64,000 bases of DNA from a virus. Below, piece after piece: positions 17,674-24,793 of this stretch. The stretch is from IMG/VR virus record IMGVR_UViG_3300050035_000086, positions 1 to 64,000 of that record; one strand, written 5' to 3'. The first letter of the stretch is position 1; each line of letters begins with the position of its first letter. Both the position numbers and the translations under genes were made by a program. The notes under the pieces were generated by a model. It did no database searches. It saw only the letters and a list, made by a program, of their open reading frames with translations, and was not told where the DNA came from.

Positions 17674-20316
17674 ATGAGTTACTCACCAGCATCAATCGTG
17701 ACTTCGGGCGCATTGCCCAACCTCGTAGCTATTCACTAAAATCTTGGTGAATTCAAACTGTTCTAAATCGGCGAAAATCTTCTTGACAAGGTCTGCTAGG
17801 TGTGGTAGACTATAGTTATCGAATAAAGAAAACGCCGAGGAAACCGTGAAAGAGAAAACCAAAAGTTATATGGCTGGGATTCTAGATGCAGAAGGTTGCC
17901 TCCGAATCGCCACCCACAAACGAGGCAACAAAACCTACTACGAACCCAAGGTCTATTTGAGTAACAAATCAAAGGCCGTGATGCAGTGGTCGGTCCTACA
18001 TTTCGGGGGAAGTTTCGTCCGAAATGTAAACAACAAAGCAGGGGAAGATTGGTTCATTTGGTATCTTCAATCATTTCCCACCGTTGTTAGTTTCCTCAAA
18101 ACTATTCTGCCCTACTTGAAGTACAAGAGGGAGCAAGCTGAAACTCTTATTGAGTTCATTGAGAACAGAGAAAATCTGTCCGACAACCAAAAGAACGAGT
18201 ATGTTCTGAAACTCAAAGAGATGAAGCAACACGGGTCCGTAACGACTGAAACGAACAGCAGCTATCTAAAAGCAGAACCAGCATACCTAGCCGGATTCTT
18301 TGATGGCAAAGGTTGTGTTCGGGTCAATAAGACTCCGATGAAAAACACAACCGCCTACCATCTAATTGTATCTATTGCCAACAACGACCGATCTGTTTTA
18401 GATTCTTGTAAAGAACTCTATGGCGGAGATGTCAGAGCCAAAGGGAAAAGAAATTGCTTCTCTTGGAGTTTATTCTCCAAAGCAAGCATTGAAAAATTCC
18501 TCGTGGATAGCCTTCCGTATCTTGTAGTTAAAAGAGACGAGGCGTTGGCGGCACTAGAATACGTTCAACTAAGACGAGCACAATGCCCAGCAAAACGCGA
18601 AGCCTTGTATCTTCGGTTGATAGCTTTAAAGAAGCTGAAGACACAGTCTGAACTGCATAGTGATATGCAGAGCGCCCCAGCAGAGATGCTGACGGCCTAA
18701 AACACACTGATGAACGTGAAGCAATTCCTAACCTGAAGGCACAAACTCCCTTCCTCAGCATGACGAAGCAGCGTCCGCTGCCCCTCCGTCAGGGAAACCA
18801 AATTCAGTGAACAATATTGCTGAATCCAAATCCGGCTATATCGGTGGACAACTCTCTGAGTCAATACCGAGGGAAGACTGGGAAACCAGAACCCGTAGAG
18901 GCTAATACGCCGGACAGTCCATTATTTGGACTGAAGATAGAGTCCGAGCTATGGGGTGACCTATAGAGCGACCTTGTGGTGACGCAAGAGAGGCGAAAGC
19001 CTAGTGACCCGAAAGGGCATTTCCAAAACAAGACTGTCTTCACCTACGCTCTGCTTGCCGCTAACCTTAATCAGGCTGCGGAAGGCACAGTCGGATCTCC
19101 TATCAGTGAATCCAGCAATAAAATTGTCGCGACCATCGGGCAATATGCTGATTTCATTAATAGTTCCGACCTTGCCCTGGACGTTGCAATTGACGACCCG
19201 GGTCTCCTTCAGAACTTGGCAAACGAACTGAACTACCGCTTGGCTCTCACCCTCAACTCCCTCGTCCAGCTTACCGCTGACTCGGCTGTTGCGGTCGATA
19301 GCTTGGTAAACATCCAGCTTGCAAACGGCTCGTATCTGACTGCGAATAACATCCGGTCTGCTGCTCAGTCGCTGGTAAGCGTTAACGCTCGTCCTCTCGT
19401 GGACAACAAATTTGGTGGAATCATTCACCCTAATGTAGTCCGCGACGTGCTGAACGACACCTCCTTTAATGGTCTGACCGACATTATCAAGAGGTCTGAG
19501 GAAATGCGCAACATGCTGTTTGAACTGCCTAAGAATGAGGATACCATCTCGTTCGCCGGGGTCACGTTCAAACAGACATCCACTGCCCCCACTGTAACAA
19601 TCTCCGGAAATACCTATGGACTTGAAAGTCTAGTAGCCTGAAGAAGTAATTCTTCTTGAATCACGTCGCTAATTCGGTGGACATCTCTCAGAGACAATAC
19701 CGAGCCAAACCCAAGAAATTGGGAAGTGTGTAGAGAGCATAGACGACGCTCCTGAAAAGGATGATGATGTGCTCCGGCCTGTATGGCGACATACAGAGAC
19801 TGATAGAAATACTCAGTCCCGTCCAGATACTGGACGAGTAACAAAAGCGTACAATAGTTATATTTTCGGCGATGACGCAATCTTCTCCGTCTTCCTGGGG
19901 AAGAATCCAAACGATGGATCGAAGAACTATCAAATGGTAGCTTAGGGGAGTAATTCCCTTCGAACACACCGCTAATTCAGGGAACAACTCTTCGGAGTCA
20001 ATCCTGAGCGAAGCCCGAAAGGGAACGTGCAGAGGCCATACACGGTGCCCCTCGAAAGAGGGTGATGAGATGGTCCGCTCTATACGGCGACGTATAGAGG
20101 TGGGCGGAACAAGAAACGACCCACCCTTGTCCAAATAATGGACATGTAACACAGAGGAAATTGTTCATACAGTCCGCGCCAGAACAAGGCAGCGTGAGTG
20201 ATCCGGCCCGTCAAATCGGCGGGTGGGTCAGTTACAACGTGAGGTATACCAATACTTTGCGTCCGGGCTCGACAATGACGCTTCGTCGTTTGCAGTCGGA
20301 AACATCATCCAGCTAA
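17674..20316 (+). CDS. Major capsid protein, spliced: join(17674-17737,18710-18808,19037-19617,19850-19930,20158-20316), 327 aa
   Basis: Exons sum to 984 nt in frame: MSYSPASIVTSGALPNLVAIH-Y-EREAIPNLKAQTPFLSMTKQRPLPLRQGNQIQ-F-FTYALL...QYADFINSSD...IIHPNVVRDV...SGNTY-YNSYIFGDDAIFSVFLG...KNY-KLFIQ...DPARQIGGWVSY...SETSSS*; resembles N4-gp56-like capsid proteins; RBS AAAGGAG. Confidence 0.88.
17783..17811 (+). promoter_or_regulatory. Intron-internal sigma70 promoter for the endonuclease ORF
   Basis: TTGACA-17 bp-TAGACT with TG extension, 35 nt upstream of GTG 17846. Confidence 0.7.
17846..18700 (+). CDS. Intron-encoded double-motif LAGLIDADG homing endonuclease/maturase
   Basis: Motifs YMAGILDAEG and YLAGFFDGKG, each followed by 'LPYLxxKREQA/KRDEA' helices. 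Confidence 0.88.
   Translation: MKEKTKSYMAGILDAEGCLRIATHKRGNKTYYEPKVYLSNKSKAVMQWSVLHFGGSFVRNVNNKAGEDWFIWYLQSFPTVVSFLKTILPYLKYKREQAETLIEFIENRENLSDNQKNEYVLKLKEMKQHGSVTTETNSSYLKAEPAYLAGFFDGKGCVRVNKTPMKNTTAYHLIVSIANNDRSVLDSCKELYGGDVRAKGKRNCFSWSLFSKASIEKFLVDSLPYLVVKRDEALAALEYVQLRRAQCPAKREALYLRLIALKKLKTQSELHSDMQSAPAEMLTA
18809..19036 (+). mobile_element. Group I intron 2 (228 nt, ORF-less)
   Basis: P1 ATTCAGT/GCTGAAT U-G; P3 CCGGC/GCCGG; J8/7-P7 GAAGATAGAGTCC; terminal G19036; removal restores QIQ-F-FTY. Confidence 0.88.
19618..19849 (+). mobile_element. Group I intron 3 (232 nt, ORF-less)
   Basis: Exon ends CTAT pairing with GTAG; P3 CGTCG/CGACG; P7 GAGCA/TGCTC; P8 TCCT-gaaa-AGGA; terminal G19849. 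Confidence 0.83.
19931..20157 (+). mobile_element. Group I intron 4 (227 nt, ORF-less)
   Basis: Exon ends CTAT pairing with GTAG; P3 CACCG/CGGTG; P7 GGCCA/TGGTC; P8 CCCTC-gaaa-GAGGG; terminal G20157; similar to intron 3. Confidence 0.83.
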
Positions 20317-20342
20317 TGGATGAAATAATTTCGATTTTCTTG

Positions 20343-20370
20343 TTGCATTTCCACGAATCTGTGGTATAAT
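20343..20370 (+). promoter_or_regulatory. Sigma70-type promoter upstream of free-standing HNH gene
   Basis: TTGCAT-16 bp-TATAAT, extended -10 TGTGGTATAAT. Confidence 0.65.
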
Positions 20371-20447
20371 GTACTTGGATTCGAATTCAAAGGTAAAGGG
20401 CGGCGCTGACCCGTCGCCCCAAACCTCATGGTCAGATGAGGATAAAA

Positions 20448-20981
20448 ATGAAAACCAAAGTTTGCAAGAAGTGTGGAATAGAGAAATCAGTAGAAGAGTT
20501 TGGTAAAAAGCTGTCGGGATGGACTGCCTTGTGTTTAGATTGCACGCGGCGGAGAGATAGAGAACGATATGCGGCCAATCACGAGGAAATTAGGGAAGTG
20601 CAAAATGAGTACTACTCTAAGAACTCGGCAAAGATAATGGCGCAGATGAAGCAGGCACTAAAGAATCACCCGGAAAGAGGTCTTCTTAGGTTAGCTCAAC
20701 GTCGCTGCAAGAAGTCGGGGGTTGTTTGCACGATAACTGAGAAAGATATTGTAGTTCCGGAGTTTTGCCCCATCCTGGGTTTGAAGTTAGAATTTGGGGA
20801 AATGGATAACCGAAACAACTCTCCGAGCCTGGACCGCATAATCCCCGAACTAGGGTACGTCCCGGGAAACGTTGCTGTAATCTCGTATAGAGCCAATCGA
20901 ATCAAAAACGAAGGTCTAGCAGAAGAGCACCGCAAGATAGCCGACTGGATGGACGCCCAAAAGGAACTCACCAATGCCTAA
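20448..20981 (+). CDS. Free-standing HNH-type homing endonuclease
   Basis: N-terminal CKKC...CLDC zinc motif; CPILG...SPSLDRIIPELGYVPGNVAVISYRANRIKN. Confidence 0.8.
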   Translation: MKTKVCKKCGIEKSVEEFGKKLSGWTALCLDCTRRRDRERYAANHEEIREVQNEYYSKNSAKIMAQMKQALKNHPERGLLRLAQRRCKKSGVVCTITEKDIVVPEFCPILGLKLEFGEMDNRNNSPSLDRIIPELGYVPGNVAVISYRANRIKNEGLAEEHRKIADWMDAQKELTNA

Positions 20982-21318
20982 CCTCCTATTTTCGTTGACA
21001 GCAAAGGACTTCGAGTTCCAAACCTTCTGCACAGGAGGAAACGGGGGCCAGCATCGCAACGCCAAGCAGAACGGTGTCCGGTGCATTCACCCACCCTCTG
21101 GAGCCGTTGGTGAACACCGAGATGGCCGAGACCAGTTCCGAAACAAGCAGGAAGCGTTCCGAAAGTGCTGTGAGTCCCCCAAGTTCAAGGCTTGGCACCA
21201 TGTCGAGGTCCTAAGACACACCGGGGAGCTACGAGAGATTGAAGAACGGGTAGACCGAATGATGTCTTCCGAAAATATCAAGATCGAGTATTTGGGAGAA
21301 CCAGAATATGTCTGCTGA
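20974..21318 (+). CDS. Peptide chain release factor-like (RF-1/GGQ domain) peptidyl-tRNA hydrolase
   Basis: TGGNGGQHRNAKQNGVRCIHPPSG...RDQFRNKQEAF. Confidence 0.85.
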   Translation: MPNLLFSLTAKDFEFQTFCTGGNGGQHRNAKQNGVRCIHPPSGAVGEHRDGRDQFRNKQEAFRKCCESPKFKAWHHVEVLRHTGELREIEERVDRMMSSENIKIEYLGEPEYVC

Positions 21319-21646
21319 TCAGCCCCTGAGTGCAAAAATAGAAGGCGATGAGCTTGTTATTCGAATCGGGGTTGGAACCCTGGCCTGGGCCGCTGAATTT
21401 GAAGGTCGAGAGCCATTCTGGGATTTCAACGAGGAACGAAATAAGTTTGTTCAGCTCTGGAAGATTACTGACGATCTAGGCTGGGCGGAAGATGTCTGTC
21501 GAGAGATTAACCGAGAAGAGGAAGACGGAAGTAGCCCGCTAACCAACCTTCTTGACAAAGCATCCGAAGAGGCTCTAGATCAGGGAAGTCTAAGTGTTTG
21601 GTCTCCAGAACTAGACCCAATCGATCCGGAGGATGAAGATGCCTGA
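21308..21646 (+). CDS. Hypothetical acidic protein
   Basis: RBS GGAG, overlapping previous gene. Confidence 0.6.
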   Translation: MSADQPLSAKIEGDELVIRIGVGTLAWAAEFEGREPFWDFNEERNKFVQLWKITDDLGWAEDVCREINREEEDGSSPLTNLLDKASEEALDQGSLSVWSPELDPIDPEDEDA

Positions 21647-21893
21647 CATCTGTCCAGACTGTGGTCGAGACCTAACCGAGATCAACAATAGCATTTGGGC
21701 CGATTACTGCCACATAAAACTTGGGGGCCGTCCTTTTTGGGATGTCTGTTTGCCTCCTCTCACAGAGGAGGACCATAAAAGGCTCGAACCTCTCATAAGA
21801 CCGATGGTAGACGAATTATCCAAAAGACTGGCCGAGACAATCGATTCGATTTTGAAAGACGAGGAAAATAGCAGATGCCTAATGCCTCAGTAA
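21639..21893 (+). CDS. Hypothetical protein with CxxC
   Basis: RBS GGAGG; CPDC. Confidence 0.5.
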   Translation: MPDICPDCGRDLTEINNSIWADYCHIKLGGRPFWDVCLPPLTEEDHKRLEPLIRPMVDELSKRLAETIDSILKDEENSRCLMPQ

Positions 21894-22313
21894 CCACCGG
21901 CCCCTCGATGCCTAACACGACCGCGACGTACTACGGAACCAAACGTAAACCCAAGAAAGCAAAGAAGACCAAGAAGAAATGAAGCTACTGACCGACGGAG
22001 TTCCTAGAATCTACACAGAAGGTGTGATCTACCCACCCAACCAGATTCCTCTGGAGCACTTGGTTGCCTGCAATTCTGGCCGGGTCCGGAACATCACTCC
22101 ACAGAAAGAGTCCAAACAATGGAAAATGTAGCCGGTGTTCTTTTCGTAGGATTTTTCGCCGCTTGTTTTATTTGGCTGTTGGTTTATGACAAGAGGCACA
22201 GATAATGGATAAGTTGGTCCGGTTTCCTGACGACTTTCGCCCCAGCCCGATACACAGTGGAATCGTCTACGAGTACTCTCCTGGTTTTTGGGTAAAAATT
22301 CCGTATAAAAGTG

Positions 22314-22342
22314 TTGACAAACCCACCAAACTATAGTACAAT
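22314..22342 (+). promoter_or_regulatory. Sigma70-type promoter
   Basis: TTGACA-17 bp-TACAAT upstream of 22376. Confidence 0.7.
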
Positions 22343-22375
22343 GTTTTTAGTGAACTTCAGACTTTAAGGAGAAAT

Positions 22376-22582
22376 ATGGCAGACGAAACTACCACACAGC
22401 CTACGATTGAAGAAAGCATCACGGCATTGCAGACCTCCAACACCAATATCCTTGCCCGGCTGACTAAGTTGGAAATCGAAGTAGCTGCGATTCCGACGAC
22501 TACTACAGACCCCGCCGTCACCGCGTTGACCGAGAAGTTTACCAACCTCGGAGATGCTCTTGACCGCCATGGAATCAGGTAA
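22376..22582 (+). CDS. Small coiled-coil hypothetical protein
   Basis: RBS AAGGAG. Confidence 0.65.
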   Translation: MADETTTQPTIEESITALQTSNTNILARLTKLEIEVAAIPTTTTDPAVTALTEKFTNLGDALDRHGIR

Positions 22583-22584
22583 TT

Positions 22585-22740
22585 ATGGCCGCTAAACACC
22601 CCGGCTTCTCTGCCGTTCAAAAGAAAATTCAAGGCTCTGGCTATTCCAAGGAATCGGCTGGGGCTATTTTGGCGTCTGCGACTCGCGGAGCGAGTAAGAA
22701 GGCCAAGACCAAGAATCCGAAACTCAAAAAGGTGAAGTAG
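22585..22740 (+). CDS. Small basic protein (51 aa, not in ORF track)
   Basis: MAAKHPGFSAVQKKIQGSGYSKESAGAILASATRGASKKAKTKNPKLKKVK*. Confidence 0.65.
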   Translation: MAAKHPGFSAVQKKIQGSGYSKESAGAILASATRGASKKAKTKNPKLKKVK

Positions 22741-23060
22741 TGGACCGCATACGAGGAAATATCGAGCACTACAAGATTTGGCTCCGCTCAGAATTTCGAG
22801 AAGGAGTTCTTCGTCCTGATTTTGGAAGGAATTCTGGAAAGACCCAAGCTCTGATTGAACTTGCCCACGAACAGATTCATTCCGGAATGCGGGTAGCTAT
22901 TTTGGCGGGGACTCCCAATCTGTCTTTAACCGTAAGAGATCGGTATATTCGAACCTTCGGAGAAGAGGAAAATATGCCGATTTTTGCGGGACAAGAAAGT
23001 GATCTCAAAGGAAAGATAGTAGACGACATTTTTGATGATCGTCCCGAGTGGTCCAAGTAA
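22740..23060 (+). CDS. Hypothetical protein with P-loop-like motif
   Basis: GRNSGKT. Confidence 0.5.
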   Translation: MDRIRGNIEHYKIWLRSEFREGVLRPDFGRNSGKTQALIELAHEQIHSGMRVAILAGTPNLSLTVRDRYIRTFGEEENMPIFAGQESDLKGKIVDDIFDDRPEWSK

Positions 23061-23281
23061 TGGACCGCCCCCTCAAACTAAAGAAGAAGAGTAGCCAGAT
23101 TCACGAAGGATCGACCTACGACCCGAGTACAGAACGACTGACTACCGTTCTGAATGGCGCGACGGTGGCTTACCACCAAGTTTCTCCCGAAATTATCGCC
23201 GGGTTGGAACAAGCCGATAGTCCCGGGTCGTATTTCCACCAACACATTCGTAACGCGCACAAGAACACCAGAGTTCGTTAG
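23060..23281 (+). CDS. KTSC-domain protein
   Basis: SSQI...YDPSTERL...YHQVSPEIIAGLEQADSPGSYFHQHIR; start ATG inside motif variant 23051. Confidence 0.8.
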   Translation: MDRPLKLKKKSSQIHEGSTYDPSTERLTTVLNGATVAYHQVSPEIIAGLEQADSPGSYFHQHIRNAHKNTRVR

Positions 23282-23284
23282 ATC

Positions 23285-23440
23285 GGCTGTCCATATCCTT
23301 CCTCCTCCTTTATACGGACAGCCAGCCGGGGCTTGAACCTTTCTCCTCCTTTATTTCAGGCCTCGGCCCCCTAAGTTTGCCCTTCTCCCCTTTCGGATTA
23401 TTCTGAGAGAATACGGATCGCGACCGTCGCGGAAGGGCAA
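23285..23440 (+). ncRNA. Candidate sRNA: tandem hairpins with CCUCCU-containing loops
   Basis: GGCTGTCC/GGACAGCC around CCTTCCTCCTCCTTT; GCCGGGGCTTGAA/TTCAGGCCTCGGC around CCTTTCTCCTCCTTT; TTGCCCTTC/GAAGGGCAA. Confidence 0.5.
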
Positions 23441-23558
23441 TTCAAATGAATAACCGCGAAGTGGGGCGGTTTCCGATGCGATAAGCCTCTCAACGATGCT
23501 CAAATCGTCGCAGCGTTTTCCTTCCGGAAGGACCCCAACTTTTGTCCGAATAATGGAC

Positions 23559-23731
23559 GCGCAGGTCGCCATAGACTAGCCAATCCGATAGTTCACTAGC
23601 CCTGAACGAGCGGGGAGGCGGGTTGAGCAGGTTGGATAGTACTGGCAAGATTTTAGATGACCTCTACTATCGTAGTCAGACTACGATTCCAACCGGGCAA
23701 CGCTCGATCTTAAATCTAACCTGCGGCCTGC
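23559..23731 (+). ncRNA. Candidate structured ncRNA (~175 nt)
   Basis: Closing stem CGCAGGTCGC/GCGGCCTGCG; inner stems GGGTTGAGC/GCTCGATCT, GGTTGGA/TCCAACC; no credible ORF. Confidence 0.45.
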
Positions 23732-23751
23732 GATTTTTACCCAGAGGAACA

Positions 23752-24132
23752 ATGCCAAAAATAGCCGATCCTTTCGACGACCACTACCAGCATCTGAATC
23801 ACCTCCCCGACTCCACCCTCCGCGACTTAGCTCGCAACGACGCAGCCCCCAGAGACTACCGCAAATTTGCTGTGGAGCTTCTATGGGTCCGCAAATCTCC
23901 CTACGTCAAGCACACCGACCTACGCGAATTTGTCCAAGAACTGGAAGCCGAGTACGAAGGAATCTCGTTCGAATTCCCGGCACCGGTTGTAGAAGACGGC
24001 CCAGGACCGCTAACTGCCGGAATCACTACGAAGACCATGTTCGGCTCCGACGAAGTTCCCACTCCTACAGAAGCTCCTGATGAGGATAACCCTCCTCCGA
24101 AGCCTCGAAAGAAGAAACCAGATGATGCCTAA
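23752..24132 (+). CDS. Hypothetical protein
   Basis: ATG 23752 with GAGGA RBS. Confidence 0.6.
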   Translation: MPKIADPFDDHYQHLNHLPDSTLRDLARNDAAPRDYRKFAVELLWVRKSPYVKHTDLREFVQELEAEYEGISFEFPAPVVEDGPGPLTAGITTKTMFGSDEVPTPTEAPDEDNPPPKPRKKKPDDA

Positions 24133-24748
24133 AGGAACTGCCGTCTGCTTTGTAGCACGCCACGGAGAAACTATACTAAATGCTACCAATTCGTTTCGTG
24201 GGTCCGCCAACCCACCCCTAAACGATACCGGAATTAAAGAAGCCCACGAACTCGCCAAGTTTTTAGAGGCGTTTGAAATCTCCCACGTAGTCTCTTCCGA
24301 CAAACAGCGCGCGACTAAAACCGCTGAAATAATCGCTAAAGCACAGCACACGGATGTTCACCAAACTCCCTTCCTCCGAGCCTTGAACGTGGGCAAATTT
24401 AGTGGGCAGAAAAGAACCCCCGAGTCCGAAGCCGAACTTCAAACCTATCTGGACGATCCCGATTGTAAAATTCCCGACGGTGAGTCCCTCAATGAATTCA
24501 AGGGTCGGATTCATCCCTGTATCACAGAAGCTATTGATTTGTTTTGTCAGTCTGGAATTCCTCCTCTCGTCGTAGCCCATAGTTCGATTATACATGAAGT
24601 GGGTGCGATGCTCAAAGGCAACCATAAAGGAGTTCTAGTCGAACCGGGCGGAGCGATAGCGATCTATTTCAACGGATCGAAACTAGATGTAGAACCAATC
24701 TTCAAACCTCTTCTTATTTCTGGCACACACGCAGAAACGATAACCTAA
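24122..24748 (+). CDS. Histidine phosphatase (phosphoglycerate mutase-like) family protein
   Basis: RHGET catalytic motif, SSDKQRATKTA, GESL, VVAHS. Confidence 0.88.
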   Translation: MMPKGTAVCFVARHGETILNATNSFRGSANPPLNDTGIKEAHELAKFLEAFEISHVVSSDKQRATKTAEIIAKAQHTDVHQTPFLRALNVGKFSGQKRTPESEAELQTYLDDPDCKIPDGESLNEFKGRIHPCITEAIDLFCQSGIPPLVVAHSSIIHEVGAMLKGNHKGVLVEPGGAIAIYFNGSKLDVEPIFKPLLISGTHAETIT

Positions 24749-24793
24749 CGCCCGTAGTGGCAAAGATAACCAACCAACTCTAAGGAGTTTTAC

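Larger units (their letters stand above)
17738..18709 (+). mobile_element. Group I intron 1 (972 nt) with LAGLIDADG ORF
   Basis: P1 ATTCACT/GGTGAAT with U-G at splice site; P3 CTGTTC(17758)/GAACAG(18253); P4 TCGGCG/CGCCGA; P7 GACTG(18244)/CAGTC(18644); ends in G. Confidence 0.88.

Noticed and set aside
18976-19641. 221-aa ORF as a complete stand-alone protein
   Set aside because: Its first ~20 and last ~7 codons are intron sequence; it is capsid exon 3.
17738-20157. Capsid gene as a pseudogene, intein-containing gene or stop-codon-recoded gene
   Set aside because: The interruptions have group I P1/P3/P7 elements and terminal G and restore frame exactly; all three stop codons terminate genes elsewhere and no suppressor tRNA is present.
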